Assembly: GCF_006345805.1 (NCBI RefSeq)
Contig: NC_043004.1
Location: 26,412,001 to 26,476,000 of the forward strand
Direction of reading: 5' to 3'
Source: Octopus sinensis
Taxonomy: Eukaryota
DNA length: 64,000 nucleotides
In this document: positions 15,101 through 29,100 of the stretch, piece after piece
Layout: each line of letters begins with the position of its first letter
How positions within the stretch are numbered: the first letter of the stretch is position 1
The notes under the pieces: model-generated
What the model was told of the DNA's origin: nothing
Databases searched by the model: none
What the model saw: only the letters and a program-made list of their open reading frames with translations
Translations under genes and position numbers: made by a program

Positions 15101-18100
15101 TCTTCTTCTTCTTCTTCTTCTTCTTCTTCTTCTTCTTCTTCTTCTTCTTCTTCTTCTTCTTCTTCTTCTTCTTCTTCTTCTTCTTCTTCTTCTTCTTCTT
15201 CCATGTGATGAGGTGATAGGCGAGTGGTGACGGTGGCAGGTGCAGGATTGCGCTGGGAGCTGCTAGCCATGGACCTGCACTCGGGCGGTCATGGCAGGAT
15301 GGTTGTTCTGCAACCTACCGCGGCAAGGGCATAGTTCGGCAGCCATTCTGACGACGGAGCAGCCCTCTTCTGGGATAGCACTAATTCCCACCCCCTTAGG
15401 GGGAAGGGTCTAGAAAAGGTGACCTAAAGAAAGCTTGCCTCATCTCATCCTGTCAGCATACCGCGGCTGACTGGTCGTCTATCACGCGGTCGAAACATGA
15501 AAGAAATACGAAAGAAGAACCCCAAATCCCCTCCCACCGGAAAAACACTTTATGTGTTGGAGCCTGGAACATCAGGACACTCATGGACAACCAAAACTGT
15601 GACAGACCAGAACGTCGAACAGCACTTGTGGATCGTGAACTTCAGAGATACAGCATTGATGTTGCTGCCCTCAGTGAGACACGCCTTGCCGACACGGGGG
15701 AGATCACCGAGGCTGGGGTTGGATACACTTTCTTTTGGTCATGAAGGTACCGGATGAACGCAGGGAAGCAGGAGTTGGCTTTGCCATTTTTAGTCGATTG
15801 TATGGACCTTCTTGGTAGGCCGTTCTATATATCTATTTTTATTCGCCTATATATATTTTACTTTCTGTGTTTTTTTTTTTTATGTAAACTTCATATGTTT
15901 AAGGGCCATGGTAATATTTATATATGATCAAATGTTTGGAGGCGTGGCGTTATATATAAAGTCGTTGGCTCGAATTTGATGTTCTCTAATCCATGTTTTT
16001 ATCTCTGTCTCAATTATATTTGAGCACTTCCTTTTTGCAGTCTTATAAACCCTTTTTGTCTACATAAAAAGAGGCAAAAATTATTTCTTGCCGTGTGTAT
16101 ATATATATGTGTGTGTGTGTGTGTGGTGTGTGTGTGTGTGAGTGAGTGTGTGTGTGTGTGTGTGTGCGTGCATGTGTGTGTGTGTTCGCATGTGTTATTG
16201 TGTGTTTGTGCGTGTATGTATATATATATATATATGTGTGTGTGTGTGAACACATATGTAAACGCATGTTAAGAGAAATGTCAAAATCCTCTCCCATTTC
16301 TTACAGATGCTTGCTTAGTAACGCAAAAAGATTCTACTTTTGCAATGAGAGATCACTGTGCAGGTTACTGGTCGTGCCATTATGGTCGGGCTGAAGCAAA
16401 ATGTTGTCAAAGGAACCACAGATACGTACAAGGAAAAGGATGTCAACCGGACGGGTCCTGTAACCAACTTTGTCCACATTTCAAGAATACGGTGGAGAAC
16501 GACAAATGCAAGCCAACTATTTTTCTCGTATTTTGCTGTATAATTCTTCGCATTTTTCATTAATTTATTCGAAAAATTCTCTTCTAAAATTTCTTCCACC
16601 TTTCCTTCCATATGTTCCACCAAATTTCTTTCTGCTACTTCTGTCATAAATCCTACGAAAATTTTATCATATCTTCCAGAAGTTCTTACTAAACAATATC
16701 CCATCACATCCATAATTTTTAACAAATTCCCTTCTATCATCTTTTCCTATAAGTTCTATCAAACTTCCAAAATTTTAACATACTTTATGTTTTCCAGAAA
16801 CTCTTCTATCGCATTAAAAGCTAAATATTTAAAACTGAGTACAGGGATTTCGGGCTAAATTTCCTATCCAAAAATAAAATATTAAAAAAAATATAAAAGA
16901 TATCAACTAAATTATGGCTGGGAGATAAGTTTACTCAAAGTAGCCACATTCAGCTTTCACCACAGTCTCAAGACGTCTTCGGAATCTGGCACATGCATTA
17001 GTCACGGTGTTCCAGGGAAGATCTTCGATTTTGGCCACCAGATTGACCTTAGTACTACAGGAAGACCGACTGGTTCTTTCTCATACATCGTAAAACACCG
17101 GCTTCTACAATATTAAGAACTACGGAAAAAGAACCAAACCCAGAAATCTCTGAATTGGAAAATGACCAGATTTACTTTAACTTCTTGAAAAGACCGACAG
17201 AATTGATAAATTATAGGTAACATGGTGAAAGGTTGACAATGAGGAAAACTTCACTAGTTTTATAACCAAGACTCATTTTGTATTTCACTTTCTCATATTA
17301 AATTACAATTAGTAGGGTACACTTCCCAACGTATTGTATTTGATCAAATTCCGATTCTTTTGGTATATGTTTAAAGCCTTCTAAAATACTGGAGATTTAT
17401 TTTTATAGCTGAATGCGAGTTACTAACTGACGAAGACAATCCAAGTTCTTACATACAGATTGTTCCTGGCATAGGACCTATATCGCGTCCGTGTGCTCCT
17501 GGCTCTGCTTTCGATAAGAGTATGTGTTCTTGTGCGAAAGTCAGCAAATCCTGGAAACCACATGTGGGTAAGATGCTTATAATTAAAGCCTTCCGTAACC
17601 GAAAATATTTTGAAATTTATCTAATAAAACAATGCATTAAATATAACTAAGAAAATACAAATTGATCAAGTCTTTTTTTTTTCTTTTTCTATGGAATGAA
17701 TTTGAGCTGGAAGTTTTGTGGGTCAGCCAAAAATGACTTCCATTACTTCTCGCAGCCACTGACCATGCACAGTGAAAAATAGAAATATAATATATATTTT
17801 CAAAATGTCTTCAAAATAATATGTATTTTCAAAATATTTTATAACGTAACTTCATTATTTATCAAAAGAAAAAAAAGTAACCTTTAACAAACTTTGGAGT
17901 AGTTAGATACCTGTTTCGCTTGATTTACTTTCACTGTTTTCTACTTCCCAGAGTGTAAACCTTCTGTCAGTTATAATTTCAACGAGGATTTCGCGGACCA
18001 AAGTGGCAATAACGTTTTTGCTGGGTATGAAAGAGTTATTATTACCGAAAATGGCTCCGCAAAATTCAGTGACGGTAGTCGCATAAATATATGGAGATTT

Positions 18101-19845
18101 GCTAATGTCGAATTCGGTGAAAAGTTATTGCTGAAATTACGCTTTCTTACGTACAACTATGGAGCAGTAGAACAACCAATAGTTACCAACTGCTATGGTG
18201 AATATGGAGAAGGGCCTTCCATTGCTATCACGACAGTCGAGCAAAGTATAACCATTAAAATCAAAACAGAATTTGGTGAAACTGGAATCTTGAGATTCTT
18301 TCAGGTTTGTTAGTTTCGATTTCTTTACATGTTTTCTTTTGTATGTCAGGTCACTTTCGAGTGCTACTGGTAACATGTAACCCAGTACAACTTGTTGCAT
18401 GGTCGGGTCGTCGGCGACTAAACCAGCAACCCCACCAAGCTTGCTTGGTGAGGAGGGTGTTTATTGGACACCCTGCGGGATGAAAAACAAAACCCGTCAA
18501 AGAGCGGAGGAACTCTTGAGAGTCAACGGCCATCCAATAAATGTCTTAAGGCTGTATCATGCGCAGGGACATAGAAATAATCGGACTGAATATCCGATCG
18601 CGCGGTTAAACCATTGGGAGTGAAGGACTCCTAGCCTTTGTTAGGGCATCCTTCTTGGAGAAGGTAACTGGGATAACTCCGACATAAAACCTGCGGCTCA
18701 GTGGTTACCAATGATGTTGACTTGTTCTTCTTTTCGGGTTATAGCTGCTGTTGCTTAGTGAGTGGTATTGACTCAGTGCACGGCCTTTCCTCACTTAAAA
18801 AAAATCTTCTTGCACAGGCATTGCACGATAACAACATTGATTAAGCTTCGTGCAATGGCCATACTCGATAACGAGGGGTCAGCCACCACATGTTTTCTTT
18901 TAATTGTTATAATATACAATTATTTATTGTGACTACATACAACGGTGTTGTAACATTCGTATCATTCTCAAAGCCACAGTTTTAGAAGATAAATGATCTC
19001 AAATGAAAACCTTGGTTGGTTACAAGCTTACTCTAAGTTTCTTACCATCCATCTTGAATTAAAATCTATATATCTGATAGTCACGGAGCAGCCATTCCTT
19101 TTATTTGGCTTTCTACTGTCCTTCTTTACTCGTAGTTTAATATTAGTCCATATCCGCTGTTTGTAATGTGTGCCTTATAAACTAGAGCATCTTACTGGTG
19201 TCTCCTTTCTGCTGCAGGTTCCAGGATTCAATAATGTGACAATGGTGTATGATGGCCAACATGTTATAGCAAAGGTTAACGGCAAAATTAAGTCAACTGC
19301 TCTCATTGGTTAGTATCAAATCATATTTCAGTACTCTTTTGACGTTTTAGAGTTTAATTGCTAAATTGATTATTTCGGGCAATGAAAAAAAAAAAGGAAA
19401 ATTATGTTAGTGATAGCTTTTGAGTTACTTTGTTGTCAAATCGCAGAGATAAATAATTTATTAGTTCTTATGTTATTGAAATGGATGAAAAGATACATAA
19501 ATTGATAGACAAATATATCGATAGTTAGACAGGTATTTGTGCTCATTGATAAATACGTGTGTGTGTGTGTCAGTGTATGTGTCTGTATATGTATGCTAAG
19601 TTTAGGTTATTTTAAAGCAGGTTTAAGAATAACCGAACACCTACTGATTGGGGTAATAATGCTGAAAGAAAAAAATCAACTGTATAATAAAATTTATGTT
19701 GACAAGTTTTGCATGACGGCTTATCCAAGCAGTCCGGTTGGATGAATAAGCTATCAGTCGAAACTTGAGTTACCACTTAATACAAATTTATGATATACAT
19801 GCTTACTTACATGCATACACACACACATGTAAATATGTGTGTGTG

Positions 19846-19898
<53 letters not shown>

Positions 19899-22648
19899 AT
19901 AGAGTTACTAATACTTATATGTATACATACATATTCATATATACATAAATATGCCCCTCAGCATAGCCATATCCTTGGGCAAGAATATATAAAGGTAATA
20001 AGTATATATATACACACATATATCTATGTGCGTATTGGAGATTTTGTTCTGTACTTATATAAATTTATAATTATGTGGCCTCTGTATGGCATTTCCTCCC
20101 TCTCATCTCCCAAGACAATAATACCCCTCATTATACTACTACTACAATGCCCTTATCTATTTATCTACTGATCTTTCTCATATTAGTAAGTATCATCTAT
20201 TCATCCCCCTTCTCTCAGGACTGATATGCTGAGCACTATATATCGAATATAAGGCTTTTACCTATCTATCTTTTTTTTTCACTCACACCAGAATATATTG
20301 TTTATTCCTCTCTTTATTCACACAAATTTGGAATTGCTAGCATTTTTCTCTCCCTCTGTAATGAATACCCTTTAATATACTGAGCAATGTATATCCAATA
20401 TATACCTCTTACCTATTTCTTTATTACCCACAAGGGGCTAAACACAGAGGGGACAAACAAGGACAGACATAGGTATTAAGTCGATTACATCGACCCCAGT
20501 GCGTAACTGGTACTTAATTTATCGACCCCGAAAGGATGAAAGGCAAAGTCGACCTCGGCGGAATTTGAACTCACAACGTAACGACAGACGAAATACCGCA
20601 AAGCATTTCGCCCGGCGTGCTAACGTTTCCGCCAGCTCACCTCTTACCTATTTATCTTTGCTCTTACCAGAATGCATCTTTATTCCATGTACAACGCTGG
20701 ATCTGTTAGCATTCACTTTCATTTTCCTTCAATATGAAGTACTGCATAACAGTTCTTCCCTCTTCTAACCTTGTAACACTTAACCATAACAAACGCGGCT
20801 GAAGAATCTGAAGGCTGCCAAATAAGTACAGTATTGGAAGTAAAGTAAGGAGGAAAGCAAGGTTGCACCACATGTAGACAGTTAAAACAAAGAAAGAAAG
20901 TGCTATTTCTTAAAAGATATTTCTTAACATAGATTACATTATACAATAGGAGGGATCCCCTACGTGGGTGCATTGGTAAAACCCTGAGATAAATTTCGGA
21001 AGTGGAAAAAAGTCTGGAAAAATTTCAGATAGCGGAGAAAAAGTTGAAAAAGTGGAGACGAACTGGTATCGGGAATCAATAAGGCGGCGAGCTGGCAGAA
21101 ACGTTAGCACACCGGATGAAATGCTTAGCGGTATTTCGCCTGTCGTTACGTTGTGAGTTCAAATTCCGCCGAGGTTGACTTTGCCTTTCATCCTTTCGGG
21201 ATCGATTAATTAAGTACCAGTTACGCACTGGGGTCGATGTAATCGACTTAATACCTATGTCTGTCCTTGTTTGTCCCCTCTATGTTTAGCCCCTTGTGGG
21301 TAATAAAGAAATAGGTATCGCGAATCAATCCGTGGAGGACGACGAAACCGAATGGAGAGCAGAGCAAAAGAAGATTGCAAGGAGGAGAGTAAAGAAAGTG
21401 TGCACGTGTGCATAAATGTTATGGATCAAGAATGTGGAAGAAATGAGGTACGTGTATGCGTGTGAGAGTTATGAAAGTGTATAGGTTGTGGGCGCGTCAG
21501 AGGAACTGGTGGAGGTGGTGAATGTGGGACTGAGATGATGATAGCTGCGAGTGGGTATGAGTGGTAGCATGGAAGTAGTGTGGGTGAAGGGAATGGAAGT
21601 ATAGTGAGAAGGCGTGTGTGGAGGAGGTTTGGAGAGAGGAAATGAGCTCCTGTCCTTTCTGGAAGCAAGTGATGATAACTGGGGTTGATGGTCACGCCGA
21701 AGATCGATATGTGCTGGGTGGATTGGTCTGTGAATTGGAAATGTTTTGAGACAGATGACCCGTTGCCAAGTCGGATATCGCTGAGGTGCTCCCCCTAATC
21801 CATTTGCCAGTTTACCCATTGTAGATAGCATTACAGAAGAAACATTGGAGCACTTGTATTCCGTGGGTGCCGTGCAGTGAGAGAAGTCTCCTATATGGGA
21901 AATGCAGTGGTTGGGTGCAATAAGGGAGGTGGAAAAGTGGCTATGAGAACTAAGGGATTCAGCAGAAGGATAGATGCGGGGGCAGGAGGAGCTACGAACA
22001 AAGAGGCTGCGGAGGTTGCAGGCATGTTTGATGGCAGGATAAATGGAAGAGGAAAGAAACTGGGGGGTGGTAGTGTCAGATTAAAGGCTGCAGAAGAAGT
22101 GCAGGATGGTGCATTATAGAGGCAGGATGTTAGTATTGTAGGTAAGAGGGAAGTGTATGTATGGGTGGGATTCCGGACACAGGGAGTTAGGTCTGAGATG
22201 CTATTAATGGAAGAGGCACGGGAAAGAGTGGATGAGGGAGGAAGCGTAACTATATCGAATGACTTTCTTCTTGCATTCTACCCACACGTAGCTTATTCCA
22301 GTGACCTGAAATTACTTCTGTCCTGCAAGGGAGAAGTAGTTAAGTGTAAGCACGAAAAGGAGAGTAAAGGTATCGGGATAGAGAATGGTATAAAGGTTGA
22401 ATGGTACAAAAATTGAGGAGCGTGGAATCTTTTAGCATGTATGTATGTATGTATGTATGTATGTATGTATGTATGTATGTATGTATGTTTGTATGTATTA
22501 TATACTGTATATAATTTATAACTTTCATGCTAAGTGGAGGTTATCTGGTGTAGCACAAAATCAAACTGTCAAAATCTTAAGGTTGTACAGAAGTCTACTT
22601 CATCAAAGAGAGAGAGAGGAGCGGTGAGAGTCGAGCTGAGTAGAAGGC

Positions 22649-22689
<41 letters not shown>

Positions 22690-23917
22690 CAGTTTGGTAT
22701 TTAGATATAGATAGAGAGGCAGTTTGGTAGATAGATATAAATGAATAGGCAGGTTGATTGACAGATATAAATAGATAGATAATTAGGCATAACAGACATA
22801 TTATGTTGTGTTGCATTGACTTAGATGTTTGCGCTTAATTTTACATTATCGTGGGTACTAGCATCTAGTACCCACGATAAGTTAGAGATATGTCAAATAG
22901 TAGAAGTGTGCGTTATGCATTTGTATAGCGCAGGATTTTCTGTGCAAATTTTTCTCCCAGTAAACAAAGCAATTTTACCTTAACCGATTGGAAAATCCTT
23001 GCCGTGCCAGGAGTGTAACTTCCCCAGGACATACCTCCATTTGCACACTTACACAGAGGGTTTAAAAGTGTCAGTATATAAATTATGCATCTTTTAATTA
23101 TACATGTTTCTATTCATATGATACATATTTTAAGAGAAAAATATTGCGTTTCGTTTTATTAGATCAAATATTGAAATAACTTCATTTTCAGGAAATATTG
23201 AAAGACGCCAAGCCGGTTTGTTGATTGGTGATTGTGATGGTCAGCATTCATTCCATGGAGAGATTGACTACGTACGTTTCAAATTTTCTTTATCTCACCA
23301 ATCTTTCTCCCTCTTTTACCCTTCTCTCTAACTTTTATCTTTTACTTGTTTAGTCACTACCCATGGTGGGACACTATGTGAAAGGCCTCGTTGAATAAAA
23401 CTATCACAATACTTATTTTTTTAATCTGGTTCCTTTTCCTGAACCGCTATATAACAGGGATATCTATACCGTTCCTTGCCAACATCTATCTAATTATTTA
23501 TCTATCTATCTGTCTGTCTAACTGTCTATCTTCCAAACTGTCTCTCTAACTATCCTCCTCCAAACTGCCTACCTATCTATCAATCTATATCTATCTAACA
23601 AATTGCATATCTTTCTATATCTATCTAGCAAACTTTTTAACTATCTATCAATATCTACCAAACTGCCTATTTATCTGTCGATATCTAGCAAACTGCTTAC
23701 CTATATATATCTACCAAGTTGCTTATCTATCTTTCTATATCTATCTACCAAACTGCCTATCTATCTACCTATATCCATCTACCAAACTACCTATTTATAT
23801 ATCTATCTATATCTATCTAACAAACTGTCTAATTATCTATCTATTTATATCTGTCTATCAACCTGCTTATTCATTTATATCTATCTACCTCTCTATCTCT
23901 ATCTAAATACCAAACTG

Positions 23918-24008
<91 letters not shown>

Positions 24009-26138
24009 CTAGCAAAATGCTTATCAATCTAGCTCCCTCTAGCAAACTGACTATCTATCTGGCTTTCTCTAGCATACTGCCTATTTATCTACGTCTCTCT
24101 AGTAAAGTGCGGACCATCTATGTCTCTCTATCACACTCGTTTTAGCAAACTGCCTATCTATCTATCTCTCACCCTCTCTCCAGCAAACTGCGTATCTGTC
24201 TATCTCTCTAGATAGCAAACTTCCTATCTATGTAACTATCTCTCTAGCACACAGCTTATCTCTCTCTCTCTCTAGCAAACTGCCTATATATCTCTACCAA
24301 ACTGTTTATCTATCGCACACGTTCTCTCTTACAAACTACCTATCTATCTCTCACACTCACACTCTCAAGCTAACTGCCTACATATCTGCCTATGTAAAAT
24401 CTCTTCCCTAAAGACGGAGGCTCGTCTCATCTTATGATGGAATCAATCTACAAACATTATTATGGATCGCCGAGCCCCTAGGAATATTTTGGATTTGTAA
24501 TACTTTTCCTCCACCCTTTAATTCTCTATTTCATTTGTATTCTGTGCAAATCGGACCTATTTATATGTATACATATATACACATTTTTTGTATTTCATGT
24601 ATTTAATATACTTTCCATATTGATCTGTCTCATTTGCTTATCCATACATTTACTTCTATACCCGCTCAACCTTATATCTCTTGAGCACTACGTAGTGTTT
24701 TCTATACGGATTATGTAATATATATATATACACACACAATTTCAGATCTGTAATTCAGTAATATCTTATAGTTCTTAGATCTGAAAAGAATCTAAGAAGT
24801 CTAGATCAGAAATTTTCAGCGGTTGTAAGCATATGGTTAAGATCTTGTTGACGAATTTTGGGAAGTACCATCTTCTCCGAATTGATTAGCTGTACCGTAG
24901 ACTCTAGGCTACTATCTTTTCAACCTTATATTGTACAGTCAAAGGGGAATAACTCAAAGTCCCCTTTTTACTTCTTTGTGTTTTCTTTTTCGTTTTCCGG
25001 TTTCTCAACCTTCCACCTTCTATATGTACTTCCTTCTCGTCTCGCTTTTCCTCTCATTCTATTTTTAGCTTGTTATGCCATGTGGGCAGTGCCAGAAGAG
25101 TGCCAGACGTGTTGAAAAATACTGTCTGGCATACTTTCATCGCATGAAACTAATAGTAGTACGTAAAAACATATGTTGTGTTTATTGAATAATACACACA
25201 CACACGTGTGTGTGAGTGTGTGTCCTTGTGTTTCTGTTTATCCCCAAAATCACTTAACGACTAGCGTAGGTTTGTTTACGACCACGTAACTTACAGTATC
25301 AGCAAAAGAGACCGCTAAAATAAGTACGAGACTTAAAAAAATAAATACTCGGCTCGATTTGTTAGACTTAAAACTTGAAAGCAGTGTTCTTGCATGGTCA
25401 CATCTCAATGATTGAGACAAATAAAAGATAAAGATACGCATATACGTTTGTATACACAAACATACATATATTTCTAAATAATAATTTTACATCCGAGTAT
25501 ACGCATTGTAGTCTGATGTTTAAAGCCCTTTCACGTATTCGGCTACATGCCACTGGATTTACTTCAAGAATTACTATGTATCCGTAGAGCTTATGAAAAA
25601 TAAAGAAAAAATGGAATTCCCGAGACCTTATTCAGAACCACTACGATCGTTTCGACCTATCATGCACCGGTACCGCGTAGAGGAGAAGCTGTACAAACAG
25701 TTGTGATGCATTGTACGTACAGATACGTCTCCTCGGGTGACTTCTCCAATAGTACCTCGCTTTTTATCTGCCGTTTCGTTTATCTTTATAACTATAGATT
25801 TCGGTAGTTGTAGCGTACTATGCGTCTCTATAAGGAATTAAGATATGAAGAATTCTTCTCATACAAGCAATAAAATAAAGAATACAAAGATAGAAGAATA
25901 AGAAATAAAAAATGGAATAAAGGAATAAATAAAAACAAAATATATATGCGATCAGAATAGAACAAAAGAACAATCGGACAGTTGTATTGACCTTTATATA
26001 TCATCAAAACATATTTTAACGTGTATAAGGAACCCTTTTTTGTAAAAAATTAGGTTTAAAAAGTATGGGAATATTATAACCCCTTACAAAACCTTGTTTT
26101 CCAATGTAAGCGGTTCCTTATACACGATAAAATACGGT

Positions 26139-26175
<37 letters not shown>

Positions 26176-29100
26176 CATGCATACATTATGACGGGCTCTT
26201 CCGTCGATTTCAACGTACGAGCGCCTGGAGGGTAAGTATAATTGTTATTGCTCGTGTTTCTGTCTCCAATGTGACTTTAATCCGGCTAAAGCTTGCAAGA
26301 TTGTCCACACTGAGGACAGGACACAGAGCTGTTAGAATGATCTGCTGGAAAATGAATCAATCGTTGACTTTCGAAGTTTTGAATTGATTCAAAATAGGTT
26401 GATCTCCATTTGCATCACTCACAGGCAAACTCTTCAAAGGAAGCAAGAGGAACATCAGACATATTTTTTTCATCTTTTACTCGTTTCAGTCATTTGATTG
26501 CGGCCATGAATACTTCATCATACCTTAGATCGTTTTGAAGATGCATAGTACGCTACAATTACCAAAATGTATTGTTATAGAAATAAGTGAAACGGCAAAT
26601 ATAAAAAAAACGAGGTACACATCTGCACCAACGATGCATCACAACTGTTTGTATCGCATCTTATCTGCAAGGTCGAAACGTGCGTAGTGGTTCTGAGTAA
26701 AGGGCCTCGTGAATTTAGTTTTCTTTCTCTTATATTTTTACATTTGAATTGTCTTGGTCATTCAAAAATATCGTTAGGCTTATTGAATTAACGTGTAAGT
26801 TGCTGAATATTTCAAAGACACCATGCTCGACGCATAATTTTTTAAGGGATCAGCGTGAATAAGATCAGAAGAATAAGAAAGTTCACTGGAATTTTTCTCG
26901 ATAGTTTTGCGATCCGTGATGGCTGACTCCGGGTTCTATCGTCGCCATGGTGTATGCGTTGTAATTTTCCACGTGGTAACAAACATTTGAATTGTAGCTT
27001 TCCTGTAGAATTGATATAGGCCTTGGATAAGTTCGAAAGTTCACTGGAATTTTTCTCGATAGTTTGCGATCTGTGATGGCTGACTCCGGGTTCTATCGTC
27101 GCCATGGTGTATGTGTTGTAATTTTCCACGTGGTAACAAACATTTGAATTGTAGCTATAATCTGACAAGTTTCGACAAGTTTCTATGTACCCAGTTTCAC
27201 TCACAAAGAATGGGTTGACCCAGGACTTCAAAAATGACGCTTAACCCAGAACCTCAAGATTACAAACTTTTTAGTCATACTGCAACTATATATATTTATG
27301 TATATATTTGTGCAGTTTATTTGTATATTTCTATGTAGTCTTCTATTTTTTGATTATTAGGTATTTGTAGCGTTTTGTGTGGAACAGGAGGGATAGAGAC
27401 ATCGTTGATGCACACAGGTTTTGGATTTGGGGGACTGATATTTCCGTGCTCAGCAATTCAAAACAGCTAATTCTTATGTCAAATTTCATTCCTATGTTAG
27501 CTGTAAATGTAATAAAGTCCAGCTGTTTTATTTTTCTTTTGACGATGTAAACATGTTTAGCATTGATCTTCAAGTCATCTACAAAAAACTTATGGATTAC
27601 ACTGATGTCTCTAGCAGTTGCAGATTCTAACATGTAGCAACTGGGTTTTTGTAACAGAAATCCTAACGGATTTAATGCGAAGAGAAACAACATTACGGAA
27701 GGTCTACCTCCTTGGAATATTCCGTTCTCAGTTATAAGTGTGTGGATTGTTACTCATGTCATGTATGTATGTATGTATGTATGTATGTATGTATGTATGT
27801 ATGTATGTATGTATGATGTATGTATGTATGTATGTATGTTGTATGTATGTATGTATGTATGTATGTATGTATGTATGTATGTATGTATGTATGCTATTAT
27901 TCAGTTTTATTTCAAGAATTCTTGCCAATAAGGACCTAGATGCAAGGCTCTTTCATTGGAACTTCAACAACATCAACAGGTTATCTTTATATGTATGTAT
28001 GTATGAATATATGTATATGTGCATGTTTGTATATTTTGTTTTATGTATATATTCTCATGCATATAGTTGCATGTCAAGCCTTGCTCATATATTATGTAAG
28101 TATGTATCTATGTTTGTATGCATGGGATACGGTACTTTGGTCTAAAACATTTTGGTCTAAACCTCTTTAGTCTAAGTCACTTTGCTCTAAAAGCATTTTC
28201 GTCTAAAGACACTTTCGTCTAAAGATACCTTGGCATAATGACACTTTGGTAAAATGACACTTAGGTTAGGTATAACGAAACTTGTCTGATTATAACTATT
28301 GATAAATAAATTACAATTATGCGTAACATACATGCTTGAAATAGAATATATATTTATTACATTGCTTACCAACCACATGATTCTGGGTTCAGTCCCACTG
28401 CGTGATACCTTGGGCAGGTGCCTTCTACTATAGCCTCCGGCCGACCAAAGCCTTCTGAGTGGATTTGGTAGACGGAAACTGAAAGAAGCCCGTCGTATAT
28501 ATGTATATATATATGTGTGTGTGTGTGAGTGTGGTGTGTGTGTGTGTGCGCGCGTGTTTGTGTTTTTGTGTGTGTGTGTGCGTGCGTGTTTGTGTGTCTG
28601 TCCCCAACATCGCTTGACAACCGATGCTGGTGTGTTTACGTCCCCGTAACTTATCGGTTCGGCAAAAGAGACCGACAGAATGAGTACTAGGCTTAAAGAA
28701 TAAGCCCTGGGGTCAATTTCTTCGACTAGATGTTGTGCTCCAGCATGGCCACAGTCAAATGACTGAAACAAGTAAAAGAGAAAAGAGGGAGTAGAATAAA
28801 AATAAAAATGAAAATGAAATTTGAAAAGAACCCAGATAATGTGCAATACAACGAAGATAATCTTCCATTGATTGATTCTGGTAATTGGTAACTATTTCTA
28901 ATATTCTTTTCTCTCTTTTTGCTGTTTTGCAACTTTTCATCTTGGGGCTTGCCACTACGGTAAGTTGAGATAATCTTGTTTTGATGATTTGTTCTTCTCT
29001 TCTTAGAACATCAGCAACATTATATAGATTTGAATGTTATAGGCGGCGAGCTGGCAGAAACGTTAGCACGCCGGGCGAAATGCGTAGCCGTATTTCGTCT

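Noticed and set aside
14914-15270. Poly-Glu / poly-Ser ORFs
   Set aside because: Translations of a (TTC)n microsatellite in an RTE 5' UTR; no coding context.
25069-25190. Alternative terminal exon after coding exon 10
   Set aside because: The acceptor looks plausible, but the peptide (LVMPCGQCQK...) does not complete the LamG fold, whereas 32947 gives FAVYMCLP.
26878-27190. Repeat-spacer-repeat resembling a CRISPR array
   Set aside because: Only two units of about 120 bp, no cas genes, eukaryotic context.
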